This document shows, in pieces, positions 1 to 13,230 of a stretch of DNA of 64,000 bases. Positions within the stretch are counted from its first letter, which is position 1; every line of letters begins with the position of its first letter. The notes under the pieces were generated by a model that worked only from the letters and a program-made list of their open reading frames with translations, did no database searches and had not been told where the DNA came from. Source of the DNA: Octopus sinensis (lineage: Eukaryota); contig NC_043006.1 of NCBI RefSeq assembly GCF_006345805.1, forward strand, positions 70,928,001 to 70,992,000. Reading direction: 5' to 3'. The position numbers and the translations under genes are program-made.

Positions 1-100
1 ACAGAGGTATCAGATGAGGACACGGCAAGATAGGGTACAGTTTGTGTAAGGGCTTAAATGAAATCAGGATAGAAAGAAAAAGACTGAAGGGCAATGAGAT

Positions 101-154
<54 letters not shown>

Positions 155-669
155 ATACAAAATATATGAATACATAGAGAATGCAGTTTTGAAACAGGAG
201 TGCCTCTAACAAGGGCCAGTCAAGGAACCCTGCAGATCCAAGATCTCCTTGATCATCAAGGGCGTGAACCTTCACCAAACTGTTGTTCACCAACCAACGG
301 GGACATGCTTAAAGTAGTTCCATTCACCCTAATCATTTTATCACAGTTTCACCAACCTTTTAAGAAAGCCACCAGAGGGCACTTCCCTCTATATCTTCAT
401 TTGCCTCATAAATAAAATCTGAAAGAGTAAACAATCATCCCTGTTTGAACATTCTCTTTTCTGTCCGTGCATGGGTCTGGTGAAATTTACTGAGGCAGAT
501 TTTTGCTGCAGCTGGATGCCCTTCCTGTCACCAAGCCCCACTTGTTTTGTAGTGACATGATATTTCCCCATAGCTGGATATGATTTGAAAGATTGGAAAT
601 GAAAGACACCACTTGTATGACAGTGACACTCACTTACAACAATTATGCTATGTCAAGACAAGATACCAA

Positions 670-709
<40 letters not shown>

Positions 710-2364
710 TATATCCCTTTCACTCAAACAGCAAATCCCAACCAGCAGCCAGACTTCATGTAATAGATCATTCTAGATCCCTCAAGAGTTATATAAAGGC
801 TTATCTTTAATACCAACCTTCAGTGTTTGCCAGCCCATGGTCCAACTTGACACTCTCTTGCCATTTATAATGGCCATTTTCCTGATTTTTACTCAACCTG
901 GATATGTCATTATAGATGGTCAATGTTCTCCAGAATGGAACATGGATATTAAATGATAATGATAAAATCCTTCATCTACCCTTTTTTGTACACTTATTCC
1001 TACAAACAGCCAGTCTTAAACTCCTTTGTTGTGGCCTGCAGAACTATAACATGAATCTAATGTGTATGTTTTCTCCTGTCTTGACAAGCTTAAGTACAGA
1101 GCCTTTTTAACCAACCATTTATAAATGCTACAGAATTGTTCTTTCAATTACATTGAGTTGTTATGGAAACTTTCTAATTCATGACCAACCTGAAAATTAC
1201 TTGGTTGTTAAAATAAAAGTTACTATTAAATGTTCACATGCTGTTGTTACATCATTTTATGTGCAGCCTTATCTACAAACTACATTTGTGACAAACTCTT
1301 TGAGATTATTTAGATCACCTACTTAAAAGAAACTGTCGATTATTTTTAGGAAGTCTTCCAAAAATTTGAAGGAATTTATTTCATGAATGTTTTTCCTGCT
1401 AACTAACCCCATGCATTTGCTACACATGAAATCTATTTTTCAGACTGCTTCTCCGTCCTTTCATCTCCTATCTCCTTCCCAAACAATCTTGCAGACTGAA
1501 TCTTCTACTTACCTTGTACCTTGTGGACCACCTGGAGACCCTATTGTTGTTATCTATCTCTCACAGCTCTAACTGATCATTGTTTCTGTCTCCTCTCCCT
1601 CTAATAGATGTGAGTAGCCATGCAACTTTCACAAGACTCTGCTCTGACTCCCTCTTCTCATATTTTAATTCCATCATCCCCTAGCATGAAGCTGATCCTC
1701 ACCTCTCCCCTTCTCCCTGGGCTTGTAGTCCTGTGAGCTGGATGGTGACTCAAATAGACCAGTCGCATGAAAAAAGCACCCAGTCCATGCTGTAAAGTGG
1801 TTGGCATTAGGAAAGACATCCAGTTATACAAACCATGCCAAAGCAGACACTGAAGCATGATGTTGCCCTTGGGCTCATTAGATCCTGTAAAACTGTCCAA
1901 ACCAAGTCAGAATGGAACATGGGCATTAAATGATAATCCTTCATCTACTCCTTTTTGTACACGCATTGTTTACATTGGATACAACATATGACATTCCAGT
2001 CTGCTCCTTTTTCTGTATATCAAATATGTCCACTTTCCAGATGTTATCAGATTATTGTTTTCTTTCCTATTAACTTACGTCTTTACTAGATTTTTTTTAA
2101 AGATTCTAGACTTTGATTCCATGTTCGGAATTTCCTTTTTAAAACTTCGACAGAGTCACCAAAAGGAACTTGGTCTTAAACTCTTTCATTGTAGCCTGCA
2201 GAACTATAATAAACAGCAGGAAAGTGATTAGCTATAGAAGACACCAACCGGCTTGCTAAATTCTTTGCTGAACTCATTTCTAACACTCATCAAACATAAC
2301 AGTATATAATGAAATGTTCAACCCTCAGTTGATTCTATTAATGCACAGTCCTCAATGGATATCA

Positions 2365-2810
2365 TCATCATCATCATCGTTTAACGTCCGCTTTCCATGA
2401 TAGCATGGGTTGGACGATTTGACTGAGGACTGGCAAACCAGATCACTGCACCAGGCTCCAATCTGATCTGGCAGGGTTTCTACAGCTGGATGCCCTTCCT
2501 AACGCCAACTACTCCAAGAGTATAGTGGGTGCTTTTACGTGCCACTGGCACGAGGGCCAGTCAGGCCGTACTGGCAACGGCCACGCTCAAATAGTGTTTT
2601 TTACATGCCACCTGCACAGGAGCCAGTCCAGCAGCACTGGCAATGACCTCACTCGAATGTTTTTTTCATGTGCCACCAGCACAAGTGCTAGTGAGGCAAC
2701 GCTGATAATGATCACGCTCGAATAGCACTTTTTACATGCCACCAGGACGGAAGCCAGTTTGTTGCTCTGGCAATGATCATGCTCAGATGGTGCTTTTAAC
2801 GCTCCACTAA
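2365..2810 (-). mobile_element. SINE family B, (GAT)n tail
   Basis: The + strand begins (CAT)n-CGTTTAACGTCCGCTTTCCATG...GGATGCCCTTCCTAACGCCAAC. Homologues at 50820-51135, 36885-37190, 55212-55520, 5630-5850 and others. Confidence 0.8.
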
Positions 2811-3671
2811 CAGAAAGAAGAATTTGTAATCTATGCACAAAACCTTGTGTATGACTGGTGTTCTAGTTTATCAACCCCAGAAAGATTTGAACACATGACT
2901 TACAGAGCAACAACAGAATGCCACCATGTGGTTTATCTTGTCAGGAACTCAAATGACCTTGCCATCCACAGTGCTAACCATCTAACCTTTAGTAAAATTA
3001 CAAAACATTGCTTTTGAATTTCAATGAGTAAGCCATTTCCATTTGTGTAGATGCTGCATCACACCACTCTCACCCACCCCTCTCTCTACTTTCTCTCACT
3101 TTCCCTCCTTCTTTCTGTATGTATACAACACACTCACACATTATGTTAGTATGCAAAATACTTTTGCAATTAAACATTTATAAATTCTTGCTGATTTGAC
3201 TTCAAACAATCATATTATATCTGGTTTGATGCTTATAGAATTCCAAGCATCAACAACCTTGAACACATGCAAAATGTGGCATCAAGTCTTGTAATTCAAA
3301 CGAGCATCTGTGGGAGAATGTAAATGATTACTATGCAAAGCTTTGCTGGTTCAATATTGATCCAAGGATTATTGTGAAAAAAGGAGATAAAAACAAAGAA
3401 TAAGAAAAGAAATTCTTATTCCACCTGTGAAATGCCATTATTCTATCAAAATGTCAGCCCAAACATCTGTGTGTTCTGTTATTTTAGAGTTTTGTTCCTT
3501 TGGTTTGAGAATTATTTGAATTAATTACACACGTTTTCATTCTGTTAGGTATAACACCATCATCATTACCAATCACTCTAAATGAGCAGATACATACAAA
3601 CACACCTATCTACACACACATGACACACCAAAGCACAACTACAACACCATCCTAACAACACTATCTTGTCC

Positions 3672-3855
3672 CCGTTTTTAGCCTTGGATGGAGCTTACCA
3701 CCCGCTTTGGGCTGCATTCCCAAGCAACCCGACTCTAGGGCCGATGAACACCGCCGATCGTCGCCGGCTCCGAATGGGCCTGGCACCCACTCTGGGCAGC
3801 CCCGATCGAGGGGACTCCGAACCTAGCTGGGCGAAACGATCTACCGTGTATGACC
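3672..3855 (-). pseudogene. 28S (LSU) rRNA fragment (5' D1 region and flanking core)
   Basis: The reverse complement of 3695-3735 is GAGTCGGGTTGCTTGGGAATGCAGCCCAAAGCGGGTGGTAA, the conserved eukaryotic LSU core, followed by CTCCATCCAAGGCTAAA. No other rDNA lies around it. Confidence 0.9.
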
Positions 3856-4599
3856 CTTGCGCCACAGCTCTCGACGACACATCTACAATGCTATTACAAT
3901 ACCTTCCTAATAACACTCTCCCGTTCAATCCAGATATACCTACAACACCCTACAGCACTATTGCAACACTTTCCTAACAATGCTATTTCTCCCGTTCAAT
4001 CCAGACACATCTACAACACCATCCTAACAACACTGTCTCTCCGACTCAGTCCAGACAAACATAAGCTCACATGCATGAGCTCACATAAGCTCACATGCAT
4101 TCAGAAATAGCTGTAATCTCAACAGCCTCACCAATAATACATGAAGTAGAGCAACACTTATGTTCTCACTGAGTTTACTTTCATTTCCGCCACCGTGGTC
4201 TCCTTCAAGTTATGCAGACACAAGCAAATGTGGATGTCTCAAGGTAGTCACTCAACCCGCTAGAAACAGCAACCAAATGTCTCCCACTTACTAATGTGGT
4301 CCTGAATGCTCTATGTCAGGAGAATAAATGGGATAAAATGTTCTGGAATGTGTGTGATCATAGGTTTGCACAATTGGCACGACCTGGAGCTAAATAGCAA
4401 GAAAATAGAATACATGTGCTAACTGCTGCAATGCACAACATATAATTATGTACTGCATGTCAGAAAGTGCAATTTGGTGCACAATTAAGCAACTGTTAGT
4501 AAATATGTTGGTAGCTATAAATCTCACCTGGTTGTTTGGTTGACTGCCAACAGCTATACACCTGCAGGATCAGATCAGACCACACTATAACCTACAGTT

Positions 4600-5580
4600 A
4601 CAGGGGTCTGCTGGATCACAATTCTGATTCTGAAAGCACAAAACCCCATGGAGAACATCTCTGCATTCACTGCCCACTTTGCAACCAACTCTGCACTACA
4701 TGCACTTGCTAAATCTCCTCCCAAATTTTCTCTTTCTATGTTTGTAGGTCCACCATCTTACATACACATATGCCAAGTGTTAAAGTACTTCTGGTCATTT
4801 CAAACAAACAACACCTCCAGCTCTGACAATATTTCTTCCATTATCCTCAAACACTGTGCTCCAAGTGCTAACCACTATACTTACCAAACTATTCGATCAC
4901 TCCCTCTCTGCAGGGATCTGCTCTGATCTTCAGAAACTCTACTACAGTATGTGCCATTCCAAATAAAATCAACCCTTGTGACCCCACTAACTATCAGCCT
5001 GTCACATTCACTCCCTAAGATAATAAGTGACACACATTAGCAATGAATTCCAACATTTTGAATCTCTCTCTCATTAAAGTTTCTACTGATCCAGATCTAT
5101 GTCATCCACCAGTGACTTCTCTCCTTAAAGAAATTTGTGAAAGCAATGTTGTTGCCCTCAACATCAACAAATCTCCAACTGATACTACTGCCTGCCTATG
5201 GACTCCACTTGTCTCTCATATCTTGCTTTGATAGCCTCCTGTCAGATTGCACTAACACAGCTCTTTCTCTTCCTTATTTGGAAATCTTTCTGTTCGTCAT
5301 TCTGTCAACTCTAGCATACTCCAAAGTTTGGTTTTATCCCCTTCCACTTTTTTTAATACCTCAATGACCTCCTTGACATCGCATCCATTTCCCACCCTTA
5401 CATATATGACACTTACTCTTCATTGCTCCCTAAACCTTCCCCAACCATGCAATATCCACTCACAGCCTAGACACCACCACACCCCAAACCTACACTGATT
5501 CCATGAATGGAGACTTCAAAAGCATCCTCCAGTGGAGCCATGTCAATCTTACTTCATTCATCGAGAAACCTACCACCACC
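4600..5580 (+). mobile_element. Highly decayed CR1/L2-type LINE RT region
   Basis: PLPLF..YLNDL near 5337-5375, and SMNGDFKSILQWSHVNL near 5500-5550. Confidence 0.55.
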
Positions 5581-6400
5581 AGTACTCTGTCATCACACCA
5601 TATTATCCTTAACCCTTTCATTACCATATAAAAGGCACCCATGCTGGTGACATGTAAAAGGCATCTGGTACACTCTGTGGAGTGATTGGCATTAGGAAGG
5701 GCATCCAACTGTAGAAACCAGGCCAAAACAGACTGGAATCTGGTGCAGCTCTTCGGCTTACCAGTTCCAGTCAAACCGTCTAACCCATGCCAGCATGGAA
5801 AATGGATGCTAATTGATGATAATGATGATGATGATGATGACGACGACTATGATGATGATGAAATATACCAACTTTGTTTCAATGAATTTTAAAATTAATG
5901 GAAAATTTACTCAACTGTTATAATTAAACTGACATTTGAAACATAAATTAACCTGAAATTTTAAATAATACTAACAAACTTATTGTATACAGTGCTCAAC
6001 TGCACGAAAGCTCATCAGAAAAAGTAGCAAAAAGTGCATGAACAGTAAATAGAATAATGCACAGGAATTGAGTCATTCAAAAGAAAAAAGTGGGGACATC
6101 AGGTGGACTGTTGGTGAATTTCAGGAAGTATGGAAGTTTTGATGGATGTAGCATCCAAAGCTAACAACCAATGCAGTGGAAGATTTTAACTTGGATTACT
6201 TTAAGACCTGAGATCTGCATTTTAGAACTAGAGGTGACTTCAGACACGTTGGTATCAAAAGAGTCAAGCATGAGCAGCATGCCATCACTCCAAATGTTGG
6301 GCCTTGCTATTGAAACGGCAGTGAATGGCTTCTCTGCACTTTTCGGGTGCAGTTGGTGCAATCACTTTCCGTTGCTTTTAATAATCCAGATTCTACCAGT

Positions 6401-6921
6401 CAGAAACAACAAGACGCAAACTTAAAAAATATATATCTACTTTATTCTCTTATGACAGTAACAAATAAGTGATACATCTGGTTCCGCTTGGTATTGGGCG
6501 TGCAAGGCTGAACTTTAACGCATGTAGATTTTACAGTGTTCAGCCGCTAAAACAGAACTGGGGTCAAAATGGCGTCCGTAGGAAGAAGATGATGTCTGCA
6601 ACAAATCCTGGTTAAAAGTCTTCGGCTAAAGGCTGCTGCTATATCAAATCCGGACAGAGAGAGAGAATACACGTCCTGTACCTTCGATAGCTGTGTCTCA
6701 AGTCACTGCCTACTGGACGCTGGTGGTCAACGTCCTACGCTCCCCTTGCCTCACGGCTAAACTGCCACGTAGGCAAATGGTCCTTCTTCCGGTGGTGAAA
6801 GCACCAACCCCACACGCGCGAAACAGAAATGGACGGTGCGCGAGCGCGCACCGTTATATAGGATCACTACACTATTGTCAAAGGATGTCTCCTGGTGAAA
6901 ACACATAGCTAGGCTCACATC
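6401..6921 (-). other. CpG-rich LTR-like or promoter-like segment
   Basis: On the - strand, TATATAA at 6860-6854 and AATAAA at 6446-6441. CCAGT direct repeats at 6396-6400 and 6922-6926. No TG...CA ends. Confidence 0.35.
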
Positions 6922-8041
6922 CCAGTAACTGGTTTTTGTCTTCACGACCAGGAGATACTTCATTCCCCAGTAACTGTTGATAGTCTACAAAGTCCTGATG
7001 AGGCCCAAGATGGAAAATTTCTCACACATTGCCAACAGTGCTTTATACACAGACATCCAGAGAAGGGCCACCTGAATAATTAACATAAAGTTATTCACAG
7101 ACATGTTCTAGTCTCTGCCCCACAGGTATGCTGTCTTCTCTCTCTCTCTCTCTCTCTCAATCTCTCTCTCTCTGCCTTTTTTACTGTTACTGTAATGGCA
7201 TCTACTCCTCAGAGCTGACTGGACTCATACCATCACCACTCAAGCATTCCTTTACTGCTAGCCTCTCCTCCTCCTTCTATCACTCTTGTTGTGTCCAACC
7301 CTCAGACCCTACATTGACCCCTATACCCAGTCCTTCCCAAAATGTTTGCCATCCCTTGAATGTTGGAACTCACTCCCTGCTCATGTCATCCCCTGCAGGG
7401 GTTGACTTATAAAACGTATAAGAGGCAGGAAAAAACCTGAATGACATCATCCCTCACCAGTCTTGAAGGGCTTGCAAACATTATGGGCATCAGCCCTTTC
7501 TCCAGATCCAGCAAATACTTTTTCTACACTCCTCTCTCATGAATCTCTCCTCACACTTCAACTCTCCTTACATCAACAACTGTCTCAAGCATCTCACCAA
7601 CCCACAATCACATTCCTACAGCTTCCACAAATCCCAAAACTCTACCCCACCCCGCACCCCAACCCCCAACATTATCAGCACCGCCTTTGCTATTGCTACC
7701 TCATGAACACCTCACCTCAAATTCATACTCTTTACACCATCCATCACTCCACACACCACCACAATAGCTTCTAACACTGCTACCACTACTCCTACTATCA
7801 CTCAACATCATCACCACCACCACCACCATTTCTGTCTCTACTATCACACCACCACCATCACCATCACTCAACACCATCTGTGACAAGAAGCCACCATCAT
7901 CATAATTACGCTCTCTCACAGCCAGTGTTCATTACACCAAAACTGTTCTTACAGAGAAAGAGAACTTGTTTCTTCAAGTGTTCCAGTACAACTTGACTCT
8001 CCATCAGAAATGAACAGGTCAGTAGCTTTCTTTAAATTTAA

Positions 8042-8261
8042 CCCTTTCGTTACTGTATTTATTTTGAGATGCTCTGTGCTTCTTTCAATTACTTTAAATA
8101 TAACAAAGAATTTAGTAAAATAACTTAGTTACCATTCAGCTAGTGTTAGGAACATAAATTGTGACTAAGGTTTGGAGGAAGATTTTAATTCAAAACTTAT
8201 GAAAACAAGACACTTGTACTCAGAGCCAGAGCCGGTTTCAGCCGGGTTGGTAACAAAAGGG
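8042..8261. mobile_element. Second copy of the TTAA-type MITE
   Basis: TTAA-CCCTTTCGTTAC...GTAACAAAAGGG; body near-identical to 18759-18972. Confidence 0.78.
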
Positions 8262-8601
8262 TGGGACAAAGGGACACACAACAAGAGGGATCTCGTTCTG
8301 GTTTTATTCCTATTCAGTGGCGTTCTTCCCTACTTTTATCACTTTAATTCTAACATGAGATTTTTCATTTGTTAATTTTTTTTTAATGACTTGGTCAGAG
8401 GACAATAAAGGACAGCATCCTTGGTTTATTTAATTCTTTTGCATTTAAATCACCCATGTCCAGCCCAAATATCCTTCCTACAATGTCATTCTAAAAATGA
8501 ACAATCAAATCATTGAAATCTTTAAGTTATAAAAATAATGACTGATTAACTTAAAACAATGTGAAAAGATAAGCGTTAGATTTGGCAGAGTAATTTGAAT
8601 T

Positions 8602-9050
8602 AGAAAATTACTATTTGTAAATCTCACAACGAGATATATTCAGCAACAGTACTTTGGAGTAAAGATTGTTTACCAACATAACATGGCAGTCCTGGTTTAG
8701 TACGAATGTTGCTGTAATTTAGCCCCAAGAAACATCGTCTCCAGCTGGCTATACAACACGATCTGTATCTTTATATTTTCGAACAAGGGAATCTAGCACC
8801 CCAACTCAGCTCAAAACAATATCTGTGTATCGCAATTTAGGGGTTATTATGAAGGGAAATAACCCGGAAATCATGATACACAGATACTGTTTTGAGCTAA
8901 GTGGGAGTGCTAGATTCCTTTGTTCGAAAATATAAGTACACAGATCGTGTCGTATAGCCAACTGGAGACAATGTCTCATGGGGCTAAATTACAGCAACAT
9001 TCATCCTAAACCAGGACTGCCATGTTATGTTGGCAAACAATCTTTACTCC
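8602..9050. mobile_element. Foldback element with about 160-bp inverted arms and a one-sided extension
   Basis: Arms begin GGAGTAAAGATTG (8656) and end CAATCTTTACTCC (9050); oppositely oriented copy at 25023-25367. Confidence 0.8.
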
Positions 9051-11439
9051 TAATCTGAATTATAAAAGGTTAAGGGCCTCTGAGACTGGTAAGGAAGAGG
9101 GAAAGGAGGAAGTTATCTTCAGAAAGGAGACAAAGTATAAGATAATTTGGTAAGAGACAGGACACTGCTAAAGATAGCCATGAGTTAGATGATGGTTATA
9201 AATGGTACTGTACACAGTGGCACAACCCTACCAGCAACGGGATTCCACACAGTTTCCTTTTGGCAATTTTCACTGACATAAATTGGGTTGATGTAAGGCT
9301 ATGGTAAAAGATCCTTGTCTAAGGTACTATACCCTGGGATTGAACTACAAATTATTTAGATGGGAAAAAAATTCTTAAGCACACAGCCATGCCTGTTTCT
9401 AGCATTTTCATAGAACTGTTAAAGAACAATCAAAAAATGGTTAAGGAATTTTCATGAAACATTCACAGAATTTTCACATTAGGTACTGGCATGGTTGAGT
9501 GGTTAAGAAACTTGGTTTGCAACCATGTAGTTTTGTGTTTAGTCCCACTGCATGGCATTTTGTGCAAGTGTCTTCTACTATAGCCCTAAGCCAAGCAATG
9601 CCTTGTGAGTGAATTTAGTAAAGGGAAACTGAAATAAGCATATCATGTGTGTGTGTGTGTGCGTATACTCATACACGTTTGTATCAAAAGGATGTATTAT
9701 AACACCATTCCACATACACAAAAACAGCCATACCAACAATCCAACGTACCTCCATCATCAGCTGCTCCCACAGATATCGTTATGGTTTCGACACCTTGGA
9801 AGTACCATTAACTCTGGTGGTGTCAACAGCACTAAAAGAAGTTTGTTTGGGAACAAACATACCAAAAAAAGGAAAAAAAAACATACAACTTTCAAACATG
9901 TTTGCCCTATGTACAACTGTATTCAATCTAAATATAGGCAGGATTAAATACTAACTTTAAAAATAAACTACAAGAAACACATAAATCTATGTACATCTGT
10001 ATCGGTATTAATTATAAACCTACAATAACTAAATTATATACTAAATAGCAACCAATCTTTAAGTCCATACAAATAATAATCCCGCTAGTCTTCCATAGTT
10101 ACTACTATAATAAAATTAAGTGAAAGCTTTATTTCAATTCTCTCCCAAACAAAACACGATTGAATTTAATGAATCTATGTATATGTCTATTTGTATGCGC
10201 ATATGTTTGTTGTCGTCCACGTGACTATTTCATCTGCTACCTTAACATCTTTTGCTACACCTTTCCCACTACAACCTGTTAGAAATAGCAACCAAACACC
10301 CCTCAAATCACACCCTTCTGACTTAAAATAAAAGGACACATTAAATAATGTAATCTCAGATATACTATATCTGTAAAGAAAAATGATGTGATTGTCCCTT
10401 GGAACACTTTTAACCCTAAATCTGCTCATTCAACAGTATGTCTTTCTGCAGGGATGCAGTAGGGGTGGGCAGACACTATTGGGGGGCCCCGCCTTAATTA
10501 ACAGGTATGCTACACTAAAGGAAATTTTCTGCCCCTTCTATACCTTTACACAGGAACAACTGCTGCCCTTCCCCTTCTTCACGCAATGCCTCTGTCTCAC
10601 AGTAATCTCTTGATCTTCTTACAAAAGTGTTAAATACCTTTAACACTAATCTCTTGGTATCCTCTCAATAATCCTAAAGTATGTCTACCCTGGTTAAATA
10701 TATCTCAATTTACAATCATTACAAAACTACATAGATGGACTGGTTTTACAGAGTTGCCACATGTGTATGTTTGTGTATATATACACAGTATGTGAGTATG
10801 TATATGTGTGTGGATATATGTATGTGTATGCCTATATGTATACATGTGTATGAGTGTGTGTGTGTGTGTGCATACATGTATGTATATGTATGTATATATG
10901 TATGTATTGTTGGCATCCTTTCGTCTCGGGAGACAATGGAGTTGCACATAAAATCAGTTTTGCACAAGCCTGGGCTAGATGTAAGAAAATCCTGAGTAGC
11001 CCAATCGTCAGGATTCCTCTCTCAACCTTGCTGATGTAGTCCAGAAGAGTGCAGAGCACTACGTTTGGCACCAGCTTGGTTGCAAGTGCTGCCGGAAGAG
11101 AGTCGAGTCAAACACTAAACCACCTACAGGGCTCCACTCCAGATTTCTTTGAAGGTTGTCTCCTTTCCGTAACTCTGAATAGGGGCCCATACCAGGTACT
11201 GTAAGCCGGAGTCAGCTGAGCCCAGGACTCGTGTCAGACAGGGTCGTCATTCCCTGAAGTAGTAAAGAAAATTGCTACCTACTACCCATATGTATATATG
11301 TATGTATATATGTGCGTATGTATATATGTGTGTATGCATATATACATATGGATGTACATGCATGTGTGTATATGTATGCATGTATATAGGTTTGGCAGGA
11401 CACAAAAATATTTCAGCCCCTAAACTCTTCTCTTGTATT

Positions 11440-12190
11440 AGTATATAAAGGCCCTCTTCAAGTCATTGAATGCCAGGCATAGTGGTTTACTCTTGACTAA
11501 ATGCAAGTGGTTGTCTCACTAAGAAGATTGTATCTGTGGTGCCTCTTCCATGCATAAAGCCAAACTGCATTTCATTTAAGCAAACTCTGTTCGTGATCAA
11601 TTGTACAATGACCCTCTCTGTAACCTTCATAGCCCAGTTCAGCAAATTGATACATATAAAATGTCCTCTCTTTAAGACATCTCTTTTGCTCTCATAGCAG
11701 ATTACAGTAATACAGCTAAACCAGATAATTTCTTCATTACTTGATTTACTATTTAAAGAATTATTATGTATCTACTTTTCCAAATATTTTAAGCACCTCA
11801 TCCACAATCCCTGATGGATCAGTAGCTTTCCCTACTTACATGTTCTTAGTTGCTCTATCTACCACACTGCTATCAATTTGCACTGCTTGCCCTTTTGTTG
11901 GGGTGACACAAAGTGGCTCCCTCTTCAGCCCAGTTATTCGCCTTGTTTAACAACCTCTCATTACAAGCATTTCCATGACTCTTTCATGTTATACATCTCT
12001 ATCTGCTGTATCATATTCTACCACCACATCACTTTATAGTCTCGCTGGGACATTACTTCAGCCACAAATCTGATCTGAAGCCCTCAGTTGTTGGTCTCAA
12101 AGGAACTCCTAGTCTTATCTGCACCCTAGTTTCTCTAAACTTATGACCAACTGCAGGTCCTTTTAGCTTCCATGTCTTCCTTCCCCAGAT
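11440..12190 (-). mobile_element. Decayed RTE-clade LINE reverse transcriptase fragment
   Basis: The - strand gives ...INLLNWAMKVTERVIVQLITNRVCLNEMQFGFMHGRGTTDTIFLVRQ and, upstream, ...KNM*VGKATDPSGIVDEVLK. Confidence 0.8.
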
Positions 12191-12900
12191 CGATTTCTGT
12201 CTCTGAGCCTACTTACCTCTAATTCTAAAGTTGCAAGCCACTAATATAATTGGGTAGTACATTCTTACTCAGAAAAGGTTTTGCTTTTGGTACTTACAAT
12301 GAACCTTCCATTCCGTTTCCTGATGAAAATGAAATCTATATGACATGTTCACTAGATTGGTAGATGAGGTGGTTGGTTGGCTGGCTGGCTGGCTACTTGA
12401 CAAGTGTGTCGCAAATTGTTAGATCATTGTATCAGAGAATTTTAGAAGCCTTAAACCTTTCTTGATTCTTATACCATATCCATAGCCTCAATGGACATCA
12501 AGAAAACTTTTATGCTGTTGATCAACATAGCCATTGAAGTCTTCAGCCATGATAATGAAGTCAATGTTATTTGTCATTGACATAGCCTACAAAAGGGTTT
12601 CATCAAAATTGTACACCTATTAAATGGATCTTTCATCAGTACTACAGCAATGTAGAATTTCATTGAAAAGGTGTAATGAGACTGAAACTTGTCTGGAGTT
12701 GCTTACCTTACTTACTCAAAGTAAGTATGAGAAGTAACTCCAGACAAGTTAAAAATTAAAATATTAAATCATTTCCTCACCACATAATTATTTTTAGTTA
12801 GATTTTTATTGCATTAAATGTATTTGAATTATCAATGTATTAAATATATAATACTAACTTAATGTTATATATTAAATTTTTGAAACTACATTCTTTTTAG

Positions 12901-12944
12901 TATACAATTGATCTTCTGTATACTGCTGTTTCCGGTCACTGCTG
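12901..12944 (+). CDS. Candidate signal-peptide exon of the peroxidase (IQLIFCILLFPVTA-G)
   Basis: Acceptor ttctttttag| and donor g|gtaagt flank a hydrophobic run ending VTA-G. I could not close the phase path to the exon at 18021. Confidence 0.4.
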
Positions 12945-13103
12945 GTAAGTACTAGATCTTTGCACAATAAAAAGATGGTTCTTTTCTCTTATTTCTTTAT
13001 TTCATAATATACTTACGCAGAAACATGTGCTTGTATGTGTGCATAAACAATATTGCCTTAAGGTATGGGCACACTGGGCAATTGCCCAGGAGCCTCATGA
13101 GTC

Positions 13104-13230
13104 TAGGAACTTTGTGAGTCTAGGAGCCTGATGAGTCTAGAAACCTTGTGAGTCTAGGAGCCTCATGAATCTAGAAACCTTGTGAGTCTAGGAGCCACAT
13201 GAGTCTAGGAGCCTCATGAGTCTAGGAGCC
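13104..13230. repeat. 17-bp minisatellite (TGAGTCTAGGAGCCTCA and variants, about 8 copies)
   Basis: TGAGTCTAG recurs every 17 bp. Confidence 0.9.

Noticed and set aside
3666-3977. 103-aa ORF, or an intact rRNA operon
   Set aside because: The ORF is antisense translation of an isolated 28S fragment plus a tandem repeat; there is no 5.8S, ITS or downstream LSU sequence.
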